From Thermodesulfobacteriota bacterium (GTDB lineage Bacteria; Desulfobacterota_D; UBA1144; Nemesobacterales; Nemesobacteraceae), in the NCBI GenBank assembly GCA_965202785.1, contig OZ241855.1, positions 576,001 through 640,000 on the forward strand: a stretch of DNA of 64,000 bases, read 5' to 3'. The position numbers and the translations under genes are program-made. Below, one piece after another: positions 1 to 11,497 of this stretch (the stretch's first letter is position 1; each line of letters opens with the position of its first letter). Under the pieces are notes generated by a model. The model saw nothing but the letters and a program-made list of their open reading frames with translations. It did no database searches and had not been told where the DNA came from.

Positions 1-301
1 TTGAAACCCTCTCAACTCCTATGTGCACTGTCGCGTGCTCGGCAACGGAAGCGTGGCCGTAGTTAAGAACCCACTTCTCGTGGAACTTCTCCGCCCTGTC
101 CCTCCCCATTTCCTGCTCCCTTATTACGGTGTCTATGTTTTCCCTGAAACTTTTGGGGCTTCTGCTTACGTAGGCGAAGATGACGGCAACGACTTCCTCG
201 GGAATGTTGCTTATGGTGTAGATGTCCCTGTCGAGATTGGAAACGTAGCGTTCCATCTCACGGGCAACGTCTTCATCATCAATTTTTATCTCGGTGGACA
301 A
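1..301 (-). CDS. thyX: FAD-dependent thymidylate synthase ThyX, N-terminal part (runs off the window start)
   Basis: Not in the ORF track. Manual translation from TTG at 301 gives MSTEIKIDDEDVAREMERYVSNLDRDIY...FAYVSRSPKS...FHEKWVLNYGHASVAEHATVHIGVERVS; YGHxSVAEH...GVExVS is typical of ThyX. Confidence 0.85.
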   Translation of the reverse strand, partial: MSTEIKIDDEDVAREMERYVSNLDRDIYTISNIPEEVVAVIFAYVSRSPKSFRENIDTVIREQEMGRDRAEKFHEKWVLNYGHASVAEHATVHIGVERVS

Positions 302-338
302 GCCTGCTCTCCCGTTCCCCTCCCGTGGCTCCCGCGGT

Positions 339-1103
339 TCAGGAGACCGTATGGGTTTCCTTGAGTTTATCAACTATGTAAGGCATGACCTGGCTCGGGC
401 TTCCGTATATGACGGCGCTTACGTAATCGTCGGCCGGGGTTTTCCTCTCGCCGATAATAACGACCTTGTTCCCCTTGTTCATGACCTGGAAGGGAAAGGA
501 CGCCACGGGCTCGATCTCCAGATTCGCCCCGACGATTATGAAAAGATCGCAGTGCTGAAGCCTCATCCAGGACTCCCTTATCTCCCAGTGGGGAAGCGGC
601 TGTCCCGGAAAGGACAGCGGAGGCTTCATCTGATCGCTCTGGCATTCCTTGCATTTCGGAATGCCGGTCTTGCTGTCCTCAAGGGAAAGCAGTATTCCGT
701 CGGTGCGGTAATCGTTTCCGCATTCATGGCAGTGGATCCAGTTTATCGTCGAGTATATCTCTATTATTTTTTCGCTGCCGGTTTTGCTGTGCAGGCCGTC
801 GGCCGCCTGGGTAAGAACGCAGTCGACGTTGCAGAGAAACTCCATCTCGTAAATGGCTTCGTGGGCAGCAGAGGGCTGAGCCTCCGAGATTCTGGGATAA
901 AAATCCTTTATCTTCTCCCAGTACTCTCTCCTTACCTCCGGGCGATTTTTGAATTTTCCTATGTCGGGATTGAAGCTCAGATCCGAAACGTCGGGCAGTC
1001 CGACTTCAAGAGAGAGTTCAATTCCCGTTAGAAAAACTATCTGAGAGGCTTCCCGGGCCCACTCGACCGTTGCCGAGAGCGCATCCTGTTCCTGCTCGCT
1101 CAT
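339..1103 (-). CDS. Sir2/CobB-family sirtuin-like protein with degenerate catalytic motifs
   Basis: Sirtuin layout: IVFLTG, TQAADGLH, Zn ribbon CHEC...CKEC, FPGQPLP, DLFIIVG. GAG, FR, QN and the catalytic HG are substituted. Confidence 0.85.
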   Translation of the reverse strand: MSEQEQDALSATVEWAREASQIVFLTGIELSLEVGLPDVSDLSFNPDIGKFKNRPEVRREYWEKIKDFYPRISEAQPSAAHEAIYEMEFLCNVDCVLTQAADGLHSKTGSEKIIEIYSTINWIHCHECGNDYRTDGILLSLEDSKTGIPKCKECQSDQMKPPLSFPGQPLPHWEIRESWMRLQHCDLFIIVGANLEIEPVASFPFQVMNKGNKVVIIGERKTPADDYVSAVIYGSPSQVMPYIVDKLKETHTVS

Positions 1104-1251
1104 TTCAGGTTTTGATTATAACCGCTTGCGTTGACTGTCCGCAAATTGATCGCAGCGTGGCGATGCCGGGAGAATTCAGGGTGTGAGGACCTTCTCCATC
1201 TATAAATTCATTCCGTCAAAAACCGCCGGGAAAAAGCCGTCAACCACACAA

Positions 1252-1272
1252 TTAAATCGATTTAAATCGATT
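1252..1272. promoter_or_regulatory. Candidate operator: perfect 18-bp palindrome AATCGATTTAAATCGATT
   Basis: Two overlapping palindromes (1252-1265 and 1255-1272) in a divergent intergenic region. Confidence 0.35.
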
Positions 1273-1303
1273 GCGGTGCAGAGTACAGGTAGAATATCGC
1301 TTC

Positions 1304-1624
1304 GTGGGCACAAAACCTAAGGAAATAAACGAATTTACCGAAAAAGCTCTTCAGATCGTCTGGGACACCGGTGAAGAAAGCATATTCTTTTACGAAGAAC
1401 TCAGGGAGATCTGCCCCTGCGCCACCTGCAGGAGGCTCAGAAAAAAAAGCAGAACCGGGAAACTCCCGTTTAAAAAACGGATACCCCTCGGAAAAAGCAG
1501 CATGGCGCCGGAGAAAATAGAGTACATCGGGAATTACGCCATAAGGTTCATAGGCGAGAACTGGTGCGAAACCGGATTCTATACCTTCGACTTTTTAAGG
1601 AAAAACAGCGTTTCGGGCGAGTAA
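1304..1624 (+). CDS. DUF971 / GBBH-like N-terminal domain protein
   Basis: LQIVWD...LREICPCATC...IGNYAIRF...TGFYTFDFLR pattern; GTG start assumed. Confidence 0.8.
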   Translation: MGTKPKEINEFTEKALQIVWDTGEESIFFYEELREICPCATCRRLRKKSRTGKLPFKKRIPLGKSSMAPEKIEYIGNYAIRFIGENWCETGFYTFDFLRKNSVSGE

Positions 1625-1642
1625 CGTCCCCGCAGAGGAAAA

Positions 1643-2509
1643 TTACGCCCGTCGCGCGCTTATGGAAAGCCACTTTCTGGTGACAAAGTGGTCGCCGTCC
1701 TCATTCACTTCCCCGTGGAGAAGAATCGCCGGCTCGACGGCGTTTTTCATAGCATCGGAAACGGCCTCATCCGGATAGCCGTGAAGGGCGCCGGCGGCAT
1801 ACTGCTGAAAAGAGCTTATGTATTCCCACGCTTCTTTCGTAAGATCAGCGGCGAATTCCTGAGCGTCAACAAGGTCAAGTCCCACTTGGCCCACCAGCTC
1901 TTCGTAGTAGGAGCGCGGGTGGAACTTTGCGGCTTCGGCTTTCCTCTCGACCTTTACTCTTTTCACTCCCTGTTTTCTCAGGAACTGGACGGCGCTTCTC
2001 ACCTGGGTTCTGTAGAAAGGTATGGTGTCCTCGGGTCTTGCCCCCTCGTAAAAAGAGGTGTTGAAGAAAAACCAGCCTCCAGGCTTAAGCGCTTTTTTGA
2101 TCGCTTTTAGGCTCTTGAGTTGTTCCTCTTCGGTAAGGTAATGTATGCCGTTGCCCCATATAGCCACGTCGAGGCTTTTCGGAGGCAGATCAAGATCCTG
2201 TATGGTTGAATTGATAAGAGTCAGCTTGTCAACCTCTTTCTCAAGCCTGCGCTTGGCAAGTTTAAGAGCGCCTGCCGACTGGTCAAGGCAGAACACCGCA
2301 GACTCCTTTAGATTTGCGGGAAGCATTTCGAAGAAAAGCTGCGCCATGGTGCCCGCGCCTGTAGCGATGTCAAGGAACCTGTCGAGACTCTCCACCCCTC
2401 TATTAACCATTATCTGGATCCAGCTTCTGGTTATATCGCCGTTTACCTTTCTGTACTCCTCGGTATCGGCAAAAGGCTCATAGTTGTAATCTTCCATATG
2501 CTTTTCCAT
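1643..2509 (-). CDS. Class I SAM-dependent methyltransferase
   Basis: Motif I FLDIATGAG, LDQS, and LKPGGWF. Confidence 0.85.
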   Translation of the reverse strand: MEKHMEDYNYEPFADTEEYRKVNGDITRSWIQIMVNRGVESLDRFLDIATGAGTMAQLFFEMLPANLKESAVFCLDQSAGALKLAKRRLEKEVDKLTLINSTIQDLDLPPKSLDVAIWGNGIHYLTEEEQLKSLKAIKKALKPGGWFFFNTSFYEGARPEDTIPFYRTQVRSAVQFLRKQGVKRVKVERKAEAAKFHPRSYYEELVGQVGLDLVDAQEFAADLTKEAWEYISSFQQYAAGALHGYPDEAVSDAMKNAVEPAILLHGEVNEDGDHFVTRKWLSISARRA

Positions 2510-2639
2510 CGTTTCTCTCCTCGGCTCTTGACCGGCCCGCACAACCTACTCTTTATACCCTGAATTCTAACATAATAACAATAAGAAAATTAAAAAAAAT
2601 AAAAACCGAACCGAGAAAGTTTTAAAACGATGGAAGAGG

Positions 2640-3281
2640 TCAGACTCCCCTTTTTTCTCCCCAGAATATTTTGTGAAGCTGCGGAAGCACCCTTACGTTT
2701 TCCATGCCGTCGCGCAGGACTCTCTCGGCTATCCAGTCCGCTTTTGTACCGTAAACGGGCTGAAATATGATTGAAGCCCTTATGCGACGCTTCGCCATAA
2801 CATCCCTTGCGTATTCGTAGTCCGCACCGTCCGCTATTACGAACTTGAGCTGATCCTTTTCCCCCAGGGCATCATAAAGCGAAAAATCCATCCTGGAGGC
2901 CATGCCCGAACCGGGGCACTTGCAGTCCATGCTCACGACCGAATTGGGGTGGGAAAAAATTCCGGGCGGCTTCTTGTTCCCGCTTGTTTCAAGCACGACC
3001 ACGAAATCCCTTTCGAGGAGAAATCCCGCTATCTCTTCCACTTCGTCCCGCTGGATAAGCGGCTCCCCGCCGGTTATGCAGACGCGGGAGCATCCGTACT
3101 CAAGAATCCTGCCGAGAACCTCGCCGGTTTCCATCTCCCGGAAGTCATTCCCCTCCACGGCGTACATGGTGTCGCACCAACTGCACCTGAGATCACAGGC
3201 AAAAAGCCTGAGAAAGACCGTCGGCAGCCCGATATGGATTCCTTCACCCTGTATTGAAAAGAAGATCTCGTTTACCTTCAT
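2640..3281 (-). CDS. queE: 7-carboxy-7-deazaguanine synthase (radical SAM)
   Basis: EIFFSIQGEG, CDLRCSWCDT, ITGGEP, PQLHK; follows queC. Confidence 0.95.
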   Translation of the reverse strand: MKVNEIFFSIQGEGIHIGLPTVFLRLFACDLRCSWCDTMYAVEGNDFREMETGEVLGRILEYGCSRVCITGGEPLIQRDEVEEIAGFLLERDFVVVLETSGNKKPPGIFSHPNSVVSMDCKCPGSGMASRMDFSLYDALGEKDQLKFVIADGADYEYARDVMAKRRIRASIIFQPVYGTKADWIAERVLRDGMENVRVLPQLHKIFWGEKRGV

Positions 3282-3286
3282 CGCAG

Positions 3287-3961
3287 CTACGCCTCGTATT
3301 CCGTCGGATCGTTCACATCCGCCTCGATAAAGGCCCTTTTTCTCTCCCTGCACGAACTGCAGGTGCCGCAGTGCATGCGGGAACCCACGTAGCATGACCA
3401 CGTGTCCTCGAAGGGAACCCCGAGACCTGCGCCGAGTCTGACTATCCCTGACTTGTCCATATCTACAAACGGAGCGACTATGGTGAGACGTTCGTTATCA
3501 GTCGCGAGTCTCTCCGCTTTCTCGAAAGCCGAAACGAATTCCACCCGGCAGTCGGGATACACACCCCTGTCGGAATGATGCGCGCCGTAGAACACAGTGT
3601 CGCATCCGATGCCCTGCGAATAGGCAACCGCAAGGGAAAGAAAGATGGCGTTTCGGTTCGGAACTACTGTTGCCGAGAGGGTCTCGTAATTGCGCGCAGT
3701 CGCGGAAACCCTTGGAATATCGACGTCCCGGTCGGTAAGGGCGGAAGCGCCGAAAAGAGTTCTTACGGAAGAAAGATCGATTATGTTGGGGGCGAGCCCC
3801 AGACGGCGGCATATATTCTCTGAGGAACGGATTTCCTTCTCGTGTTTCTGTCCGTAGATGAAGGTAAGAGGAAAGACTTCATACCCTTCCCGGACCGCCT
3901 TGTAGCAGAGAGTGGAACTGTCCACGCCCCCGGAGACCATAACAACCGCTTTCCCAGACAT
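3287..3961 (-). CDS. queC: 7-cyano-7-deazaguanine synthase
   Basis: SGGVDS, VPNRN, YPDCR, TWSCY...CGTCSSC. Confidence 0.95.
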   Translation of the reverse strand: MSGKAVVMVSGGVDSSTLCYKAVREGYEVFPLTFIYGQKHEKEIRSSENICRRLGLAPNIIDLSSVRTLFGASALTDRDVDIPRVSATARNYETLSATVVPNRNAIFLSLAVAYSQGIGCDTVFYGAHHSDRGVYPDCRVEFVSAFEKAERLATDNERLTIVAPFVDMDKSGIVRLGAGLGVPFEDTWSCYVGSRMHCGTCSSCRERKRAFIEADVNDPTEYEA

Positions 3962-4135
3962 TTCCTTAATATTAAAGTCGAAAAAAACAAATAACAATTC
4001 CCGTAACCGGACCCCTCCTGAACAACGGGCGGGAAAAACGGTAATTCAAATGGTTTCAGCATGTTGGCAGAAACGAATCGGAATTATATAATTATTCGTT
4101 TGAGGGTGTGAGGAACACAGAGCAAAGGCGCTTTC

Positions 4136-6043
4136 ATGAGCAAAACAGAAAAAGAACATGGACAGGTTCTTCTCTTCGATGATTTTCCAAGCGTTTCGAA
4201 AGAAAGCTGGAAAAAAGAAGCCGAGAAAAGGGTTTCCTATAAAGATCTCATATGGCATACCGAAGACGGCATAGAGGTTGAACCCTTCTACACCGAAGAA
4301 GAAGCCAGGGACTTTTTCCTGGGGGAAACCCCGCTTCCAGGAGAATTTCCCTTCGTGCGGGGAACCAGCAAAAAAGATAACAGCTGGCTACTTACAGAAG
4401 AGATAAGGCTCACAACACCGAAAGAGACTAGGGCCGCGGCACTTGCGGCAATAGAGGGCGGAGCTGATTCTCTTACCTTCATCCCGCAGGGGGGAATAAA
4501 ACGCAAGGCCCTCGAAACTCTCCTAAAAGGTATAGATCCCCTGCGCATCGGCATAAACTTCGCCTTGAGAGAATATCCGGAAAAGGTCTGCGCCCTTTTC
4601 ATTTCCTCCTGCGCCAAGAAAGAAATCGACACGCAGGAACTCAGCGGGGCCGTGTTCTTCGACCCTCTATCGCATCTGTTTGGACACGGGTCCCCTGTGA
4701 CGCCGCTTGACGAGGATATGGACAAAATCGCAAAAACCATCGGATACCTCTCAGATACCGCGCCCGGCTACGCGGCGTTTTCGGTAAAAAGCTCGACGTT
4801 TAAAGACTCAGGGGCGACTATAAGCCAGGAACTCGCCTTCACCATCGCCGCGGCGGTCGAGTATCTGGTTATGCTTCGCCAAAAAGGCGTTGACGCGGAC
4901 AGCGCCTGCCGCCACCTCGTTTTTTCCTTCTCCACGGGATCAAGCTACTTTGCGGAAATCGCCAAGCTTCGCGCGGCAAGAGCTCTCTGGGCGAACGTCG
5001 CCCAGCAGTTCTCCCCCGCCTCTGCCGAATCCACGAAAATGAGGATCCACTGCCGCACGACCGCCTTCAATAAAACCATTTACGACCCGCACACAAACAT
5101 ATTGCGGACGGCGCTTGAAGCCATGGCGTCTGTAATCGGGGGGACAGATTCCCTGACCGTGGAGCCCTTTGACGCCCACTACAGAGAACCCGACGGATTC
5201 TCAAGGAGAGTGGCGAGAAACATTCAGCTTCTGACAAGAAACGAATCCCACCTCGATGCAGTGACTGACCCCGGAGGCGGCTCCTACCACATAGAGAGAC
5301 TGACGCAGTCCATCTCGCAGAAATCCCTCGAGCTGTTCCAGGAAATAGAGAGAAAAGGCGGCTACCTTGAGTGCATTAAAAGCGGCTTCATACAAAACGC
5401 GGTCGAGGACAGCAGGGAAAAAGTCCTGGGCGACATTTCCCGGAGAAAAAAAACGCTTGTCGGAACGAACGAATTTCCCAACCTGCTGGAAAAAATGGCG
5501 GGGGATATCCGGAAAACCGTCCCCGCGAAAGAAGAGTCTAACGGTTCGGCCCCGACGGTAGCGCCTCTTACGGAGTTAAGGGCAGCTCAAGTTTTTGAGA
5601 AAATAAGGCTTCTAAGCGAACAATACGCAAAAAGAACGGGCGAGGCGCCCAAAGTTTTTCTGCTTCACCTGAGCGATTCTCCGCAGACAGTCGCAAGATC
5701 GGTTTTTTCGATGAATTTCTTCGGATGCGGGGGGTTCGCGATAGTCGACGGAGCAGAAAATCCGGGCATCGATGAGGGAGTCGCGGCAGCCTTGCGCGAG
5801 AATCCGCTTGCGGTAGTAATCTGCGGTTCCGACAGGGATTACGAGCAGTTCGCGGAGGAGGCCGCAATAAAACTCAAGGACAAGGGAGCGGAAATAAAAG
5901 TTGTCATCCCAGGCCGTGGACAAGGCGAAGAGGGAGGGCTCGCCGAGGCGGGTGTGGACGATTTTATCAATGCTGATTCGGACGTCCGCGACGTGCTTGA
6001 GAGATACCAGCAGTTGCTTTTCTCAGACAAGGTAGGACCATGA
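4136..6043 (+). CDS. mutA: Methylmalonyl-CoA mutase small (beta) subunit
   Basis: [25 protein letters not shown]; lacks DxHxxG; overlaps mutB. Confidence 0.9.
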   Translation: MSKTEKEHGQVLLFDDFPSVSKESWKKEAEKRVSYKDLIWHTEDGIEVEPFYTEEEARDFFLGETPLPGEFPFVRGTSKKDNSWLLTEEIRLTTPKETRAAALAAIEGGADSLTFIPQGGIKRKALETLLKGIDPLRIGINFALREYPEKVCALFISSCAKKEIDTQELSGAVFFDPLSHLFGHGSPVTPLDEDMDKIAKTIGYLSDTAPGYAAFSVKSSTFKDSGATISQELAFTIAAAVEYLVMLRQKGVDADSACRHLVFSFSTGSSYFAEIAKLRAARALWANVAQQFSPASAESTKMRIHCRTTAFNKTIYDPHTNILRTALEAMASVIGGTDSLTVEPFDAHYREPDGFSRRVARNIQLLTRNESHLDAVTDPGGGSYHIERLTQSISQKSLELFQEIERKGGYLECIKSGFIQNAVEDSREKVLGDISRRKKTLVGTNEFPNLLEKMAGDIRKTVPAKEESNGSAPTVAPLTELRAAQVFEKIRLLSEQYAKRTGEAPKVFLLHLSDSPQTVARSVFSMNFFGCGGFAIVDGAENPGIDEGVAAALRENPLAVVICGSDRDYEQFAEEAAIKLKDKGAEIKVVIPGRGQGEEGGLAEAGVDDFINADSDVRDVLERYQQLLFSDKVGP

Positions 6044-8175
6044 GACCTGATTTTTCGAAAATAAATCTCGGCGGCGGTTCAAACGGCAGTGCCGCGCGTG
6101 CGAGCGGAGATGTCGCAAGGGAGTCACCGGAGAAAATAGACATAAAAACGTTTTATGTCCCCGACGACCTCAGCGATTCAGAACACCTGGGATTTGTCTC
6201 CGGAATTCCGCCCTACCTTCGCGGACCCTACCCGACCATGTACCTCACGAGGCCCTGGACCATCAGGCAGTACGCGGGATTCTCCACCGCGGAGGAATCA
6301 AACGCTTTTTACAGGAGAAACCTGGCCGCGGGGCAGAAGGGGCTTTCAATAGCCTTTGATCTTCCGACTCACAGGGGATATGACTCGGATCATCCCAGGG
6401 TTTCGGGAGACGTTGGAAAGGCAGGCGTAGCAATAGATTCGATACTCGACATGGAAATTCTTCTCGATCGAATACCCCTTGATCAGATCTCGGTTTCGAT
6501 GACCATGAACGGCGCGGTTCTGCCGATCATGGCTTTCTACATAGTCGTTGCGGAGCGTCAGGGAGTGGGACCGGAAAAACTCAGCGGAACGATCCAGAAC
6601 GACATACTCAAGGAGTTCATGGTAAGGAACACCTACATTTACCCGCCCGAATTCTCGATGAAGATAGTCTCAGACATTTTCGAATATACATCGAAAAACA
6701 TGCCGAAGTTCAATTCAATAAGCGTAAGCGGCTACCACATGGAAGAAGCGGGCGCCACGTCGGACATAGAGCTTGCCTACACGCTCGCCGACGGCCTTGA
6801 GTACTTAAGGGCGGGTGTTGAGGCGGGACTTAACATTGACGATTTCGCTCCCAGAATTTCCTTTTTCTGGGGAATAGGCATGGACCATTTCATGGAAATC
6901 GCAAAAATGAGGGCGGCGAGGATGCTCTGGGCCAAGATCGTCAAGACCTTTGAGCCCAAAAAGCCGGCTTCACTCATGCTCAGAACTCACTGCCAGACTT
7001 CGGGATGGAGCCTTACGGAACAGGATCCGTTTAACAACGTGACGAGAACATGCGTTGAAGCCCTGAGCGCGGTGCTCGGCGGCACCCAGTCACTCCACAC
7101 AAACGCCCTGGATGAAGCGATCGCCCTTCCCACCGACTTTTCCGCCAGAATAGCGAGAAACACCCAGCTTTATCTTCAGAAAGAAACGGATGTATGCAGG
7201 TTGATCGATCCCTGGGCGGGGTCCTACTATGTCGAGTACCTGACTCACAATCTGGCAAGAAGGGCCTGGGAACTCATAATGGAAATAGAGGAACTGGGAG
7301 GAATGTCCAAGGCCATAGAAACCGGGTTGCCGAAAATGAGAATAGAGGAAGCGGCGGCTCGAAAACAGGCGAGAATAGACTCGGGAAAAGACATAATAGT
7401 GGGAGTCAACAGTTATAATTCGGACGCGCAGGAAGAATTCGATATACTGGAAGTGGATAACCGCAAGGTGAGGGAGAACCAGATTAAAAGACTAGAGAAG
7501 CTCAAGGAAAAAAGGGATTCCGAGGCGGTTGAGCGCGCGCTTCGGAAAATCGCTGAATGTGCAGAAACGGGACAAGGCAACCTTCTCTCCCTGGCAGTTG
7601 AGGCCGCGAGGGAAAACGCCACCCTCGGAGAAATATCGGACGCGTGCGAGGAGGCATGGGGGAGATACAGGCCCGGATGGCGCACGATCTCGGGAGTATA
7701 TTCATCGGAAATTTCGAAGGACGCCGGATTTGTCAAGGCAAGAGAGCTTGCTGACCGCTTCGCCACTCTAGAAGGGAGAAGACCCAGAATACTGGTCGCA
7801 AAAATGGGCCAGGACGGCCACGACCGCGGGGCGAAGATAATAGCAACGGGCTTTGCCGACCTCGGTTTCGACGTGGACATAGGCCCGCTCTTTCAGACCC
7901 CTGAAGAAGCGGCAAGGCAGGCAGTTGAAAACGATGTCCACATAATCGGAATATCAAGCCTGGCCGCCGGCCACAAGACACTCATCCCCGACCTTATAGA
8001 AAAGCTCAACGAGATGGGAGGCGACGACATAATGGTGGTCGCGGGAGGGGTTATACCCAAACGCGATTACGACTACCTGAGGAACGCCGGAGTCTCGCAG
8101 ATATTCGGTCCGGGGACAGTGCTGTCCGAAGCGGCTGAAGCCATACTCGTGCCCCTGACAGAAACCCGAACATGA
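6040..8175 (+). CDS. mutB: Methylmalonyl-CoA mutase large (alpha) subunit
   Basis: [19 protein letters not shown]12-binding GQDGHDRG. Confidence 0.97.
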   Translation: MRPDFSKINLGGGSNGSAARASGDVARESPEKIDIKTFYVPDDLSDSEHLGFVSGIPPYLRGPYPTMYLTRPWTIRQYAGFSTAEESNAFYRRNLAAGQKGLSIAFDLPTHRGYDSDHPRVSGDVGKAGVAIDSILDMEILLDRIPLDQISVSMTMNGAVLPIMAFYIVVAERQGVGPEKLSGTIQNDILKEFMVRNTYIYPPEFSMKIVSDIFEYTSKNMPKFNSISVSGYHMEEAGATSDIELAYTLADGLEYLRAGVEAGLNIDDFAPRISFFWGIGMDHFMEIAKMRAARMLWAKIVKTFEPKKPASLMLRTHCQTSGWSLTEQDPFNNVTRTCVEALSAVLGGTQSLHTNALDEAIALPTDFSARIARNTQLYLQKETDVCRLIDPWAGSYYVEYLTHNLARRAWELIMEIEELGGMSKAIETGLPKMRIEEAAARKQARIDSGKDIIVGVNSYNSDAQEEFDILEVDNRKVRENQIKRLEKLKEKRDSEAVERALRKIAECAETGQGNLLSLAVEAARENATLGEISDACEEAWGRYRPGWRTISGVYSSEISKDAGFVKARELADRFATLEGRRPRILVAKMGQDGHDRGAKIIATGFADLGFDVDIGPLFQTPEEAARQAVENDVHIIGISSLAAGHKTLIPDLIEKLNEMGGDDIMVVAGGVIPKRDYDYLRNAGVSQIFGPGTVLSEAAEAILVPLTETRT

Positions 8176-9197
8176 CGCCGGACAAAAAAACGGAAGCGGA
8201 AACCTACCGCCAAGGCATAGCCAAGGGAGAAATACCCGCTCTGAGCAGGGCGATAACCCTCGCGGAGAGCACCCTCCCCGAGCATAAAAAGCTTGCGCGG
8301 GAAATAATCACGTGGTGTCTGCCGCGGTCCGGGAAATCCATAAGGGTGGGAATTACGGGTATACCCGGAGTCGGGAAGAGCAGCTTCATAGAATCTCTGG
8401 GTCTCTATCTGGCCCGCGAGTGCGGAAGAAAGATAGCCGTGCTCGCAATCGACCCCACAAGCAGCGAAACCGGGGGAAGCGTTCTGGGCGACAAACTAAG
8501 GATGCAGGAGCTTTCCCGGCACGAAAATGTCTATATAAGACCTTCCCCGTCAGCCGGTTCTCTGGGAGGAGTCGCAAAAAAGACAAGCGACGCCGTGATT
8601 CTCTGCGAGGCGGCCGGGTTCGACACGATCTTTATAGAAACAGTGGGGGTCGGGCAATCCGAAATTACCTGTCACTCCATGGTCGATTTTTTCATGCTGC
8701 TCATGATCACCGGGGCGGGAGACGACATTCAGGGAATAAAGAAGGGAATAATCGAGCGCGCCGACGCGGTACTGATAACCAAAGCGGATGGAAGAAACAA
8801 GAAAAAGGCGGAGCTTATGAAACAGGAAATGGAAGAGTCGCTTAGATTCCACAGACCGCCCGAATCCGGGTGGGTTCCCAAGGCTTGTGCCTGCTCCTCC
8901 GTTACGGGTTACGGAATAAGGGAAATCTGGCAGTGCGTCATGGACTATGAAGATCTCTGCAGAGAAAACGGATACTTTACGGAAAAAAGAAGAAGGCAGT
9001 CTAAATACCGCCTGCACGAAGCGCTCATCCAGAATCTTGAGGACAGCTTTTATGAAAACTCCCTCATCAAAGAAACGCTCGGCAAAGTGGAAAAAGAAGT
9101 AATGGAAGGAAAAACGGATCCCTACACGGGAGCCGCTAACCTGCTCGATCTTTATTTTGAAGAGCTTCGTCCACATCGGTCGCCACAAGAAAAATGA
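8172..9197 (+). CDS. meaB: Methylmalonyl-CoA mutase-associated GTPase
   Basis: [24 protein letters not shown]; adjacent to the mutase. Confidence 0.95.
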   Translation: MTPDKKTEAETYRQGIAKGEIPALSRAITLAESTLPEHKKLAREIITWCLPRSGKSIRVGITGIPGVGKSSFIESLGLYLARECGRKIAVLAIDPTSSETGGSVLGDKLRMQELSRHENVYIRPSPSAGSLGGVAKKTSDAVILCEAAGFDTIFIETVGVGQSEITCHSMVDFFMLLMITGAGDDIQGIKKGIIERADAVLITKADGRNKKKAELMKQEMEESLRFHRPPESGWVPKACACSSVTGYGIREIWQCVMDYEDLCRENGYFTEKRRRQSKYRLHEALIQNLEDSFYENSLIKETLGKVEKEVMEGKTDPYTGAANLLDLYFEELRPHRSPQEK

Positions 9198-9667
9198 TCA
9201 TTAAAGCCCTCTCACCGAAATACATAAACGAGATCGTGAAGATCGAAAACGAGTCCTTCATCGCCCCGTGGCCGAAACAGGTGCTCGCAGATTACATCAA
9301 AAAACCCGGGTTTTTCTGCAATATAGCCATAAACGGAAGTGATGAAGATGTTGCGGGCTACTCAATATCCACCCTTGTCTACGACGAAATTCACATATTC
9401 AAGATTGCCGTGGCATCCTGTCACAGGAGAAAGGGAACAGCGATTGAACTGCTCTCAGACACCTTTAATTTTTATGAAAAGATGGGGGCCCTCTCGGTTA
9501 TCCTCGAGGTAAGAACGACAAACACCCCGGCGATCACGCTTTACGAAAAGCTCGGGTTTGAGATTCTCAGAACACGCAAGAATTACTACGGCAGGGGGAG
9601 AGGGGACGCATATGTCATGGGTCTTGCGCTTGACAGCTACTATCAGAAGTTTCTCTCGGCCACGTAA
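9194..9667 (+). CDS. rimI: Ribosomal protein S18 N-acetyltransferase (GNAT)
   Basis: IENESFIAPW, LEVR..N..AI.LYEKLGF...RKNYY...DAYVM. Confidence 0.85.
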   Translation: MIIKALSPKYINEIVKIENESFIAPWPKQVLADYIKKPGFFCNIAINGSDEDVAGYSISTLVYDEIHIFKIAVASCHRRKGTAIELLSDTFNFYEKMGALSVILEVRTTNTPAITLYEKLGFEILRTRKNYYGRGRGDAYVMGLALDSYYQKFLSAT

Positions 9668-10626
9668 TCGGCAAGGCAACCGAGGGATTCCTTATAATCG
9701 TTCTGCGGTATCTCGTCCAGAGATTTTTTCGCTTCAACCACAAATTCTTTTGCCCGCTGTCTGGTCAAATCGACCCCGCGGTAGTGGGCTACTAACTGCG
9801 ATATCTCCGCTATCTCGGAATTATCGAGATCATCTTCCTTGTCAAGCGTTTCGATCACTTTGCGTCTCACGTCTTCCGGGGCGTTCTCAATCGAGTAGTA
9901 GAGCGGAAGGGTCATCTTCCGTTCAGCCAGATCCTGTCCGGTCTTTTTCCCGAACTTGGTTTCCTCAGAACAGTAATCGAGTGCATCGTCTATAAGCTGA
10001 AACGCTATTCCTATGTTGCGTCCATAGTGTGAAAGAGCCTTGACCGCTCCGTTTGAAGTATTCGCCAGAAGCGCCCCGGTCTCGGTCGAGCACTCAATGA
10101 GCGCAGCCGTTTTGTGGTCAATCACGGAAAAACAGAAGTCCTCCGAGATTTCGATCATTTTTCTTTCGCTCATAATCTCGAGCACATGGCCCTCGGCAAG
10201 GCGCGATGAAGCCCTGGAAACCACTCTCAGGAGTTCAAGGCTGCCGCAGCTGTATATAAGCTCAAGACCCCGGGCCAGCATAAAATCTCCCACAAGCACG
10301 GTGGGTTTGTTTCCCCAGACCATATTTGAAGAGGCGTTTCCCCTTCTGAACTCCGCCTGATCAACCACATCGTCGTGAAAAAGGGTGCCTGCGTGGAAAA
10401 GTTCAATCCCTGCGGCGGCCGCGATCCGGTTTTCCCCATCGGTAAGCCCGCAGGCGGCGCTTGAGAGAAGAACCAGGGAAGGCCTGATTCTCTTTCCTCC
10501 TCCACCAAGCAGATACTTGGCTATTTCGTAAACCAGAGGAACATCGGATTTTATGAATTCATCGATTTTCCCCTCTGTTTCCGCGAGGCTCGGGTGAATT
10601 ATCTCAATTATGTCTGAGAACTCCAT
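9643..10626 (-). CDS. ispB: Polyprenyl diphosphate synthase (IspB-like)
   Basis: GGKRIRP, HDDVVD..FRRG, FQLIDDALD. Confidence 0.88.
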   Translation of the reverse strand: MEFSDIIEIIHPSLAETEGKIDEFIKSDVPLVYEIAKYLLGGGGKRIRPSLVLLSSAACGLTDGENRIAAAAGIELFHAGTLFHDDVVDQAEFRRGNASSNMVWGNKPTVLVGDFMLARGLELIYSCGSLELLRVVSRASSRLAEGHVLEIMSERKMIEISEDFCFSVIDHKTAALIECSTETGALLANTSNGAVKALSHYGRNIGIAFQLIDDALDYCSEETKFGKKTGQDLAERKMTLPLYYSIENAPEDVRRKVIETLDKEDDLDNSEIAEISQLVAHYRGVDLTRQRAKEFVVEAKKSLDEIPQNDYKESLGCLADYVAERNF

Positions 10627-10756
10627 CGGACGCTTAGACTATACGAACGAACCCGACAAGTCAAAGACTGGACACCGCCTTTAACCTGATGTAAGTTTCC
10701 TTTTTTAAATGAAATTTTTCGTAAAACAGTCCGCAAGAACGTAACGGTAAACCGAT

Positions 10757-11293
10757 TTGAACCTGTTCGATATCCTACTCTTATTAATAATCTTGGCCTG
10801 TTTCGGGGGGGGACTCAGGTCAGGACTTATAAAGCAGTTTTTCTCTCTGGCCGCCATAATAGGGGGAGTAGCGCTGGGCTTTTTCTTCTATGAGCCGTTG
10901 GGGGCCATTCTTCTTGAAAAGAACATTATCGCCGAACCGAGAATCGCTGACATTCTGGGATTTCTGATCGTAGCCTCCCTTGCGTACATGCTCATACATT
11001 ATCTTTCCCATTTCCTGACGGACCTGCTTGAAAAAATCAAGATGGGATGGATTAACCACCTCCTCGGCGGGGCGATGGGCTTTATAATCGGTCTATTGCT
11101 CTGCTACATAATGGTAACCGGGGTCAAGCAGTTTGTGGATGAAGATGCTCCTTTCATCAAGAATTCCGTTCTGGCCCCCAAAGTCATCACCGGATATCAC
11201 ATTATCAGGGAACAGGCGCCGGATGATCTTGACGAGAGCTTGGAAAAACTCCTGGAGCTGCGGGAAGAAAAACGGAACTCAGACTTCGAGTGA
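10757..11293 (+). CDS. CvpA family membrane protein
   Basis: N-terminal MNLFDI, several TM helices, INHLLGG. Confidence 0.8.
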   Translation: MNLFDILLLLIILACFGGGLRSGLIKQFFSLAAIIGGVALGFFFYEPLGAILLEKNIIAEPRIADILGFLIVASLAYMLIHYLSHFLTDLLEKIKMGWINHLLGGAMGFIIGLLLCYIMVTGVKQFVDEDAPFIKNSVLAPKVITGYHIIREQAPDDLDESLEKLLELREEKRNSDFE

Positions 11294-11497
11294 GAGAGGA
11301 TAAACCGCAGACTTACAAAGCAGTTTTCCCCGCGGCACTGCCTAGGAATCCCGCAGCTCCGAGCCGCTTTTGAGGCCGAGGCACTGTTTTTTTCAATCAC
11401 TGTTAACCAGTATTCCCTTAATTAACTGCGCTGATTCAGTTAGACTCTTATTTGAAGAGCGTTTTGTCCATGGCCTTTCTCTAGAGCAACTCGCAAC

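Noticed and set aside
2640-3961. queC/queE as part of a dpd DNA-modification system
   Set aside because: No dpdA/tgt paralog or other defence genes are nearby; ordinary queuosine biosynthesis is the simpler reading.
3962-4135. preQ1 riboswitch before queC or cobalamin riboswitch before mutA
   Set aside because: No recognisable consensus on either strand.
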